From positions 60,001 to 92,000 of the forward strand of contig CAZPUN010000023.1 in the NCBI GenBank assembly GCA_964589775.1: a DNA stretch of 32,000 bases. The letters are read 5' to 3'. This stretch comes from an uncultured archaeon (lineage in GTDB: Archaea > Asgardarchaeota > Thorarchaeia > Thorarchaeales > CAZPUN01). Positions within the stretch are counted from its first letter, which is position 1, and every line of letters begins with the position of its first letter. A program made the translations under genes and the position numbers. Below the pieces are notes generated by a model. That model was given only the letters and a program-made list of their open reading frames with translations, was not told the origin of the DNA and did not search any database. Positions 9,641 to 17,472 of this stretch are shown here, in pieces.

Positions 9641-11173
9641 TTGTATTTGAATTATAGTGTAAATAACGAAACATTGTGTGAGGTTTGTCATAGACGTTCA
9701 GCTACACATATTTGTAACGACTGTGGGCTCGTTTTCTGTGAGGATTGTATAAAAAAGACAATGTCACAGTTTGTATTTTGCGCCGATTGCGGTTCGGAGG
9801 TTATTGGTAAGAAAGAAACAAAGGACGGTCCGGTTTATTATTGTCTTGAATGTGGCTCACAAAATCTTAAAGCTGGGCGTCGTATTAATGCAACATGTCC
9901 TAAATGTGGTTCCAAAAATATTTCTACAATTGATTCAATAAAAAGTGATTTATCTAATCGAATTAAAGAAGAAATTTATCAACTCCGCTATGGTGGAAAA
10001 TTATTAGTGGACTTGGCTAAAAAAATCAATGCTACTAAACGAAATCTTGTATCTTTGAGAATGTCTAATTTTGTTGAAAATCGAGAATTAGAGGATATCT
10101 TAAATAAAATTTATGCAGCATGGTCTGCATTAAAAGTTCAAATAGAATCGCAAACAAAATCCGCCGCAAAAGAAATTATTGGACTTACTAAAGGACGGCT
10201 TGATTCTGAAAAGTGGACTCCATCTGATTTTCATACACTTGAAGGTATTCTCTCTAGGATCGAAATTGTTATTGATAATTATCTCGAAACTGTAAACAGC
10301 AATTCAGAACAAATTAAAAAAGATCTAGACCTGCTAATTGAAAAAATAAAAGAATTAGAATCCTTCAGATTGAAGTTTGATGCGTTTTGGAGACATTGTA
10401 GATTAAATCTAAATGAATTTCCTGTTGCTGCTGTGGATGACTTAACTCTTACAGATAGCTCATTTCTTAAAGTCGACAAATGTGATGGTATATTATATTT
10501 CACAAATCAACGAATATTGTTTATTGCAATTAAGGGATTATTCTCCAAGAAAGAAACTATAGAATTTGAAATTGAATTAAAAGAAATTGCAGGTGTTCAA
10601 ATATCTGGTCGGTTAAGAAAACGTATAGATCTAATTACTCGTCAAGGAACAATTCAATTTATTTATTTTGATGATATCGATAGTGTTCTTGAATCTTATA
10701 TTTCTCGTGCAAAAGAATTCAATAGAAATGCTCAATTGAATCTTGATTATATCCGACAATTAGATAAGAGAAACATTGAAACCTCACAAATTATGGATGC
10801 GGTGGAAAAAATATTGAAAATCATCCTTAAAGCAGGATATCATCCTGCAATTTCGAACAAAGGTTTTCATAATTTCGAGCGTTCGCAAATCTCTCCTGCA
10901 CTTAACATTCCGATAGTAACAGAAGCCCCTCCTCGATCCGTACCCGTAGCAAATACTGATATTATTGTTGAGAAGCGCATACGTGATCGAATAAATCAAC
11001 TTGAACAGAATAAATTTTCAATTGAGCAGATGACTCAAGAATTAAAAGAAATGCATAGGGGCGGTCAAATCTCAATTGAGCAATTTACAAAGCAATATAT
11101 GGCACTAATGAAAGAGCTATACGTTATTAATAGTGAATTAGAAAAAATAAGGAATTTTGCAGGTAATATCTAA
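9641..11173 (+). CDS. Multidomain protein: six CxxC Zn-finger region, coiled coil, PH-like (GRAM/GLUE) domain, Pro-rich linker, steadiness-box/SHOCT-like C-terminus
   Basis: CEVC, CNDC, CEDC, CADC, CLEC, CPKC; DGILYFTNQRILF; C-terminal SIEQMTQELKEMHRGGQISIEQFTKQYMALMKELY. TTG start after GGAGGA. Confidence 0.7.
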   Translation: MYLNYSVNNETLCEVCHRRSATHICNDCGLVFCEDCIKKTMSQFVFCADCGSEVIGKKETKDGPVYYCLECGSQNLKAGRRINATCPKCGSKNISTIDSIKSDLSNRIKEEIYQLRYGGKLLVDLAKKINATKRNLVSLRMSNFVENRELEDILNKIYAAWSALKVQIESQTKSAAKEIIGLTKGRLDSEKWTPSDFHTLEGILSRIEIVIDNYLETVNSNSEQIKKDLDLLIEKIKELESFRLKFDAFWRHCRLNLNEFPVAAVDDLTLTDSSFLKVDKCDGILYFTNQRILFIAIKGLFSKKETIEFEIELKEIAGVQISGRLRKRIDLITRQGTIQFIYFDDIDSVLESYISRAKEFNRNAQLNLDYIRQLDKRNIETSQIMDAVEKILKIILKAGYHPAISNKGFHNFERSQISPALNIPIVTEAPPRSVPVANTDIIVEKRIRDRINQLEQNKFSIEQMTQELKEMHRGGQISIEQFTKQYMALMKELYVINSELEKIRNFAGNI

Positions 11174-11778
11174 GATTTTTCTTTCTCTTTCTCTATTTCA
11201 CGTCTTAGTAATTCTAATTCATCCAATACTTCTTCATCAGACTCTTTTGATGTTTCTTTCTTGGGTATTTCTGGGAATTCCTTCTCTAGTGCAACTTCCA
11301 TGCTTAATCTTTCTAATTCATCATCAACGCTCAATTCATCAATACCTGAATCTATGCTCTCCGCCGATATATCGCCCGCCATTTCTATTGTGCTCATATG
11401 GTCTGAAATATCACTCATTGTAGCTCCAATTTTCTCGGGGCTTACTTCGGCGGCTGTTTCTCTTAAGAGTGATTCGGCTTCTTTGAGTGTATCGGTTTGA
11501 ACTTTCAAATCTTCACCTATTTCAATGTGAGTACTTATAGCTTCTAGGTTTGACAGCATTCCATCATATTTTTTGGCTTGACGTATATAGTACTTACTTC
11601 TTAACAGTAGACTTCGAGCCTTATCTTTCTGACCATGAATTAAAGCATCTTTTGCTTTTCGTCTTAGTTCTTCTGCCTTATTTTCAAAGTTTCTTTTTCT
11701 TGCCTTTAATATTGTAATCGTTCGTCTTATTTTCATTTCTTTTGCTTGTTTGTCCTTTTTCTTTTTGAAAAATGGCAT
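11170..11778 (-). CDS. ESCRT-III subunit, Snf7 (Vps20/32/60)-like class
   Basis: Basic N-half and acidic C-half; GQKDKARSLLLRSKYYIRQAKKYDGMLSNLE resembles Snf7 helix 2; VDDELERL; FPEIP (MIM2-like); N-terminal PFFKKKK. Confidence 0.85.
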   Translation of the reverse strand: MPFFKKKKDKQAKEMKIRRTITILKARKRNFENKAEELRRKAKDALIHGQKDKARSLLLRSKYYIRQAKKYDGMLSNLEAISTHIEIGEDLKVQTDTLKEAESLLRETAAEVSPEKIGATMSDISDHMSTIEMAGDISAESIDSGIDELSVDDELERLSMEVALEKEFPEIPKKETSKESDEEVLDELELLRREIEKEKEKS

Positions 11779-11796
11779 ATTTTCACCAGCTGTGTT

Positions 11797-12393
11797 TTAT
11801 CCCGTGCCTAATTTCTTTTCGAGTTCTTTTACCTCTTTTTCTAAACTGTCTTCAGCTGATATTTCAACAGGCTCGCCCTTAGCTGCTGCAGTTATTTCTT
11901 TCAATGCGGCATCTAATTCATCAGGTGAAACTTCTGGTGATGATGCTTCAATTGCGGAACCTGATATTTCTCCCTCAATTTCAAATTCGCGGATTTTTCG
12001 TGCGATCATATCTGCATTTTTCGCGATTTCCTCAGCATCAATGGCTGCGCTTATACCATCAAGAGTGCCTGCAACTTCTGCTAAAACTGCATTCATTCTT
12101 CCTGTCATTTGAGCACGTTTTATTTGTGCAATTAATTTGACAATATGTAACCGATATCTATCTGCCATAAGTGCGGATTTTCTGAATTTTACCATTTCTG
12201 CTGCATACATTCGTGCAGCTTCATCCTTGCCTTGCTTCTTGTATTTTATCGCTTGCATTCTGGTCTGGCGTTCTTCCCGTTCGAGCATTCTTACTTGAAA
12301 TTTCAGACTGTTTGCAAGGCTTTGTAATCGGTAAATTAAATCGTCTACATTATCTTTCTTGAACCATCTCATGAATTTTTTTAGGGTTCCCAA
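11797..12393 (-). CDS. ESCRT-III subunit, Vps2/24/46-like class
   Basis: GKDEAARMYAAEMVKFRK resembles CHMP1/2/3 helix 2; N-terminal amphipathic LKKFMRWFKK; C-terminal MIM1-like DSLEKEVKELEKKL. TTG start. Confidence 0.85.
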   Translation of the reverse strand: MGTLKKFMRWFKKDNVDDLIYRLQSLANSLKFQVRMLEREERQTRMQAIKYKKQGKDEAARMYAAEMVKFRKSALMADRYRLHIVKLIAQIKRAQMTGRMNAVLAEVAGTLDGISAAIDAEEIAKNADMIARKIREFEIEGEISGSAIEASSPEVSPDELDAALKEITAAAKGEPVEISAEDSLEKEVKELEKKLGTG

Positions 12394-12533
12394 TATTGCT
12401 CCGTCCCATTAGTTCTTATTAACTATATATACGATATTGCCTAAATAATTCTTTGGTATCATTGCATAGTCTTTAGAATATACTTTATTAATATAATTTG
12501 ATATATATCTATATAGTCCGAGGTGAATTCTTT

Positions 12534-13013
12534 ATGTTAAGCAAAATTGGTCCGCTAATTGGTCTAGCAATAGCATTCGTATTGGTCTGGGCATTAATGG
12601 CATATGCGCCATTACCTGCAAGTTATCTTGATCCAAGTATAGTGAATCATTTCAATACAGCTCCAGATCTTGAAAGAAAGCTCTTAGTCATAATCGATGA
12701 AGTGTTGTATCCGCCATCAGGTATTTCTACAGTAGCCATGCTATCTTGGGGTGCTGGTGGTTTAGTAACCGGATTAGTAACCCAGGGACCCGGACGTGGT
12801 CTAATGGCTGCAATCATGTCTGTTATTCTTGGTGTTGTTTTAGTGTGGTTGTTTTATGTAGCTCTTTTTGGTTCTATTGATACTATCTTGAGTTCAGCAT
12901 CTTTGATTCAATTAGATAACTATTTTATGCATTCCATGTGGGGCGCAGTATCCTCTGGATTTGGTGGTTTACTTGGTGGCGCAATAAATCGTGAGAGCCT
13001 TGAATATGAATAA
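12534..13013 (+). CDS. Gly-rich small membrane protein (about 4 TM)
   Basis: GAGGLVTGLVTQGPGRG and GFGGLLGGA glycine-zipper helices. ATG 12534 follows GAGGTGA. Confidence 0.75.
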   Translation: MLSKIGPLIGLAIAFVLVWALMAYAPLPASYLDPSIVNHFNTAPDLERKLLVIIDEVLYPPSGISTVAMLSWGAGGLVTGLVTQGPGRGLMAAIMSVILGVVLVWLFYVALFGSIDTILSSASLIQLDNYFMHSMWGAVSSGFGGLLGGAINRESLEYE

Positions 13014-13021
13014 ATGGCTCT

Positions 13022-13627
13022 CTAATCTATAATTTTTTCATTATTTGTATAATTTCTCAATTTTCGACCACAAACAACACAGATCTCTGGATTTGATTTA
13101 TAAACCGCTCCACATTCGCATATTGTAATAATTTTTGGATGCTCTTTCTTTTCTAAGAATGCCTGGTGGGTCTCTCTAATTTTTTGTATTATAAAAGCTG
13201 ATACTATCCCAATGTTAAAAATAATTAACGTTACAAAAATGTCTTGAATCATAATTATATTTTTGGTAAATCTGTCTAATGAATTCCATGAATTTATATC
13301 TTGCAGTATTTTTATAGTAATAGAAATGAATGCGAAATATGCTCCTGATTTTGAAATAAATAATGCTGCATCTGAAATAGAACGACTTGATAATGCTGCA
13401 ATTAATCCGAATAATAAACTTGAAATTATTATAACAAAAACGCTTTGTAGATTATTAAATGAATAATTACCTATTTCGGTGACTTGTTGTATAATGTGTT
13501 TAATTGAATCTATATTCAAAAATATATTTCCTGTGTATAATGTACTTCCAATTAATGCGGCTACACTATTTACAAATATCGCATATATTATCGGCGTTAT
13601 TATGAATATTATTATACGTTTTTGCAC
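13022..13627 (-). CDS. Membrane protein with C-terminal Zn ribbon
   Basis: About 4 hydrophobic segments, then CECG-x8-CVVCG. Confidence 0.75.
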   Translation of the reverse strand: MQKRIIIFIITPIIYAIFVNSVAALIGSTLYTGNIFLNIDSIKHIIQQVTEIGNYSFNNLQSVFVIIISSLLFGLIAALSSRSISDAALFISKSGAYFAFISITIKILQDINSWNSLDRFTKNIIMIQDIFVTLIIFNIGIVSAFIIQKIRETHQAFLEKKEHPKIITICECGAVYKSNPEICVVCGRKLRNYTNNEKIID

Positions 13628-13729
13628 TTATTGTCACCAGAACTATTCTATACAAGTCAAGTTTCTGCGTATAAACTTAAAAAAGATGTTTATATAGGTG
13701 TATTCAGAAAAAATCATATGTAAATATTT

Positions 13730-14677
13730 ATGGGGATTGACACATTGGCAGAAAAGAAACAGGACGAATTAAAACTACGTACATACAAAGTATCTGTTGC
13801 AGGTCTTGTTATACTTTCAATAATCTTATCGTTAGTTACGATATACTTTTGGAATCCAACACCTGAAACTATAACTTCTATGCTATTCATTTTAATAGTT
13901 CTTCATAGTATTTTTGCTGTTGGGTTTGTTGTTGCATATGTTGAAGTTTCTGAGCATCCCGCGGAAAAGCGTTCTATCGATCGTCTTATGAATTTATATA
14001 CACAGCTTCGTGATGCTTATGAGGCTGCTGAACCGGATCTTGATTTTCTATCCTCACGATTTTACAATCTTCTCAACTATCTTATGAATATCTATACTAA
14101 GGAACCCGATCCTGCAAAGAGAGATCGTGCTTTTAATATTACTAATATTGTTAAAAGTATCAATGAACCTCTGGCAGCATCACGTGACTTTCTTACTAAT
14201 AATGAAACCATATATGATATTATCACAAATTTGGATGATATGACTGATATTCCCCTAGACAAAATTAAAGCTGCAATTGATGGTGCTAAGAACGTGGGCG
14301 AATCCGTTTTAAAAGCAATTCCCCCTCGAGCGCGTTCAAGAAATGCACTTTTTCTAAAGAAAAATGCTTCTGATGCAGTATCAACGTCTCATCAATTAGA
14401 GGATCTATTGAATCCTAATATTATTAAGCTTGATCGTGTTTTGCGTCAATTCCGTAATGAAGCAGAACTGATTAGTAAAGAAATGCCGTTATTCACAAAG
14501 AAGAATTTAGAGAATGCTTCTCTAATAAGCTTAATTTCATTAATTCCCTCTTTAAATGCAATATTCTTTATAGAAGCAACAAAATTCCATGTCTTACTTG
14601 AACTTATGTTTGTTAACTTTGCTTTGTTCTTTACAATATATGGTGTCTTTAGAAAAGTCAAAAAGGATGAGGAGTAA
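13730..14677 (+). CDS. Hypothetical membrane protein (2 TM + large helical loop + 2 TM)
   Basis: 315-aa ORF; hydropathy read by eye. Confidence 0.75.
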   Translation: MGIDTLAEKKQDELKLRTYKVSVAGLVILSIILSLVTIYFWNPTPETITSMLFILIVLHSIFAVGFVVAYVEVSEHPAEKRSIDRLMNLYTQLRDAYEAAEPDLDFLSSRFYNLLNYLMNIYTKEPDPAKRDRAFNITNIVKSINEPLAASRDFLTNNETIYDIITNLDDMTDIPLDKIKAAIDGAKNVGESVLKAIPPRARSRNALFLKKNASDAVSTSHQLEDLLNPNIIKLDRVLRQFRNEAELISKEMPLFTKKNLENASLISLISLIPSLNAIFFIEATKFHVLLELMFVNFALFFTIYGVFRKVKKDEE

Positions 14678-14686
14678 TCCCTCATC
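14666..14686. terminator. Hairpin GATGAGG-AGTAATC-CCTCATC at convergent junction
   Basis: 7-bp inverted repeat with stop TAA (14675-14677) in the loop. Confidence 0.4.
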
Positions 14687-14688
14687 TT

Positions 14689-15555
14689 CTATAAAATTTC
14701 CCGCATTATTTCTGCAATATCTCTAGGTTTAGCTGCAACACGTACTCCTGCTTTTTCTAATGCCTCGATTTTGCTTTTTGCTGTGCCTGCTGTTCCACTA
14801 ATAATAGCTCCTGCGTGTCCCATTCTTTTACCGGGTGGAGCTGTTTTTCCTGCAATAAATGCAACGACGGGTTTATCGAATTCTTTCTTTATATATTCTG
14901 CAGCTTGTTCTTCAGCGTTTCCTCCAATTTCACCAATGAGCACAACTGCTTTTGTTTCTTTATCTTGTTTGAACATTTCCAATATGTCTATAAAATTGGT
15001 TCCTGTTACAGGATCACCACCAATTCCGACAGCTGTTGATTGACCTAAGCCTGCGTTTGTTAATCCTGATGCAATTTCGTATGTCAATGTTCCACTTCGG
15101 GAAATTACACCAACCTTGCCTTTCTTGAATATATGTCCTGGCATGATACCCATTTTTGATTCTTCAGGACTTATTACTCCAGGCGTGTTTGGACCAATTA
15201 CAATTAATCCTTTTTGCTTAGCTGCATGGATCATCTTAATTTCATCTTTAACTGGAACATGTTCGGTAATTACAACAATAGGACTCAACTCAGCCTCAAT
15301 TGCTTCAAAAGTTGCATCCATTGTAAATGGTGCTGGTACAAAGATTATAGATGCAGTTGCGCCATATTCCTCTTTTGCCTCTCTAATAGTGTCCACTACT
15401 GGTATTCCATGTACTTCTTGGCCACCTTTTCCGGGGGTGACTCCAGCTACAATTTTGGTTCCATATGCTTTCATTGCTTCGGTATGATATGAACCTTGAT
15501 GTCCAGTAATTCCTTGGACTACTACTTTGGTATTTTTATCAATTAGAATTGTCAT
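14689..15555 (-). CDS. sucD: Succinyl-CoA synthetase alpha subunit
   Basis: VQGITG, GVTPGKGG, IGPNTPG, SRSGTLTYE, GIGGD, GEIGG, MGHAGA (phospho-His). Confidence 0.97.
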   Translation of the reverse strand: MTILIDKNTKVVVQGITGHQGSYHTEAMKAYGTKIVAGVTPGKGGQEVHGIPVVDTIREAKEEYGATASIIFVPAPFTMDATFEAIEAELSPIVVITEHVPVKDEIKMIHAAKQKGLIVIGPNTPGVISPEESKMGIMPGHIFKKGKVGVISRSGTLTYEIASGLTNAGLGQSTAVGIGGDPVTGTNFIDILEMFKQDKETKAVVLIGEIGGNAEEQAAEYIKKEFDKPVVAFIAGKTAPPGKRMGHAGAIISGTAGTAKSKIEALEKAGVRVAAKPRDIAEIMREIL

Positions 15556-15558
15556 TAT

Positions 15559-16704
15559 TTATTCACCCGCCTTTGCCAGTTCTACAGCTTTCATAGCTGC
15601 ATCATCAAGTGTTGTCAGAACTTCAATTCCTGCATCTTTCAGGATCTTCTGACCTTCTTCCTCATTAGTTCCTACAAGTCGAATGACCATTGGTTTTTTA
15701 ATTCCCACCCTATCTCTTGCGGCAATAATACCTTTTGCCATTTCGTCACATTTTGTAATACCGCCAAGAATGTTAATGAACAATACCTTTGTCTTTGGAT
15801 TTGACAGAACGATTCTGATTGCAATTTCCATTCGGTCTGCCTCAGCTCCGCCTCCAACATCTAAGAAATTCGCGGGCTTACCTCCATACATACTAACAGC
15901 ATCCAAAGTTGCCATGACCAGCCCTGCACCATTTCCTATGATTCCAACATCGCCGTCTAATTCGACATATGACATGTCATGTTCTAAGGCTTCTAATTCG
16001 CGTTCATTTAATTCAGTTGTACCCTTTTCAAGACGCTCTTCAAAACTCTTATGTCTAAATAATGAATTATCATCAATTAGCAATCTTGCATCTGCCGCGT
16101 AGAACTTATTATCTTTGGTAATGATTAGTGGATTTATTTCAATTAATTCCGCATCATAATTATCTGCAATTTTCCATAGGGTTGACAAGAAATTCGATAG
16201 TGCATTGATTTGTTTGCCTTTCAGTCCAATTGCTTTTGCCATTTCTCTCGAAATATATGGTAGCAATCCCCATTCTGGTGGGATTTCACGCTTTATTATT
16301 TTCTCAGGTGCAGTTGCGGCAACTTCTTCAATGTTTACCCCGCCTTCAGCACTTGTGATTGCTACATATTTTCGGCGAGCCCTATCGACTGTAATTCCTG
16401 CATAAATTTCATCCGCAACATCTAATTTCTGTTCGACTAATACAGCTTCAACTGGCAGTCCTTTTATCTTCATCTTTAATAATTGTTCGGCGACTTTTTT
16501 TGCTTCTTCGGGTGTATCTGCAAATTTGATACCCCCTGATTTACCTCTGCCGCCTACTAATACTTGGCTTTTGACGACAACAGGTCCACCAATTGCACGA
16601 GCTGCCTCTTCAGCCTCATCTGGCGTTTTCGCAACAATTCCTTTAGGAATTGGAAGCCCATTCTGGCTAAAGATCTGTTTTGCTTCATACTCAAATAATT
16701 TCAT
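15559..16704 (-). CDS. sucC: Succinyl-CoA synthetase beta subunit
   Basis: MKLFEYEAK, KSQVLVGGRGKSGG, EGGVNIE, EINPL, GNGAGLVMAT, NFLDVGGG, RLVGTN. Confidence 0.97.
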   Translation of the reverse strand: MKLFEYEAKQIFSQNGLPIPKGIVAKTPDEAEEAARAIGGPVVVKSQVLVGGRGKSGGIKFADTPEEAKKVAEQLLKMKIKGLPVEAVLVEQKLDVADEIYAGITVDRARRKYVAITSAEGGVNIEEVAATAPEKIIKREIPPEWGLLPYISREMAKAIGLKGKQINALSNFLSTLWKIADNYDAELIEINPLIITKDNKFYAADARLLIDDNSLFRHKSFEERLEKGTTELNERELEALEHDMSYVELDGDVGIIGNGAGLVMATLDAVSMYGGKPANFLDVGGGAEADRMEIAIRIVLSNPKTKVLFINILGGITKCDEMAKGIIAARDRVGIKKPMVIRLVGTNEEEGQKILKDAGIEVLTTLDDAAMKAVELAKAGE

Positions 16705-16781
16705 TTTACGTTCCCCTTCGTCTTTAAACGAATGTATGTCGCAATATATTTTTTAAATAGTTAAATTTGTCGGATTGCGAA

Positions 16782-17246
16782 TCAAAAATCTTCTATAGAT
16801 ACATATGTTGATGTTTTTTCAACTCCCTCTAGTTTTAGTACCGTTTTCAAAAGTTCATCTAGCTTTTTCTGACTGGTTTGGATAATGAGATCATATTCAC
16901 CGGTAACACGGTACACTTGCCCGTCATTTATTTCCTTAATTTTGTTATATATGTTGTCCAGATTTTGCGGTCTGACTTTTATTAATACGAATGTTGGCGG
17001 TCCTGAACGCCCAAGAAGTTCGAAAGCTTTTTCCGTGATATCTATAAACCCTCTTCCAGTCCGTATTAGTCCCATTTCTCTTAGCTTTCTTAAATGATTG
17101 CTAAGTGCTTGTCTGGTGACTCCTAGCTCTCTTGCAAGCTCCGATTGTGTTTTTCTTACTGAGCATACAACCCGCGTTTCTCCGGCTTTTTGCAGTCTTC
17201 TCAAAATTTCCATTTGTTTTTCGGAAACTTGTAAAATTTCGCTCAA
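16782..17246 (-). CDS. Lrp/AsnC-family transcriptional regulator (wHTH + RAM domain)
   Basis: TQSELARELGVTRQALSNHLRKL HTH; VYRVTGEYDLI and GVEKTST ligand-binding motifs. TTG start after GAAGGG. Confidence 0.88.
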   Translation of the reverse strand: MSEILQVSEKQMEILRRLQKAGETRVVCSVRKTQSELARELGVTRQALSNHLRKLREMGLIRTGRGFIDITEKAFELLGRSGPPTFVLIKVRPQNLDNIYNKIKEINDGQVYRVTGEYDLIIQTSQKKLDELLKTVLKLEGVEKTSTYVSIEDF

Positions 17247-17280
17247 TTCTTTTACCCTTCCCTTTTGTTTGATTCATGTC

Positions 17281-17294
17281 GCAAGTATACTTGC
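17281..17294. promoter_or_regulatory. Perfect 14-bp palindrome GCAAGTATACTTGC, candidate operator
   Basis: Self-complementary, about 35 nt upstream of the Lrp start and directly abutting TTTAAA (17295-17300). Confidence 0.5.
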
Positions 17295-17472
17295 TTTAAA
17301 ATTTTACGTTTGTATCATCGCATCTTTACATATTAAAGTTTTACATTTATGATGCTTAACATAAAAATTCTTAAAATGGTTTATGCATATATTAATATTC
17401 GTCTACAAAATATTATTATGGATAATTGAGTATATAGATTAATTGTAGTGGGACAAAAAATAATAGTGAGAT

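Noticed and set aside
11170-12393. PspA/Vipp1 or generic coiled-coil assignment for the two helical proteins
   Set aside because: Helix-2 motifs, basic/acidic polarity and MIM-like tails fit the two ESCRT-III classes better.
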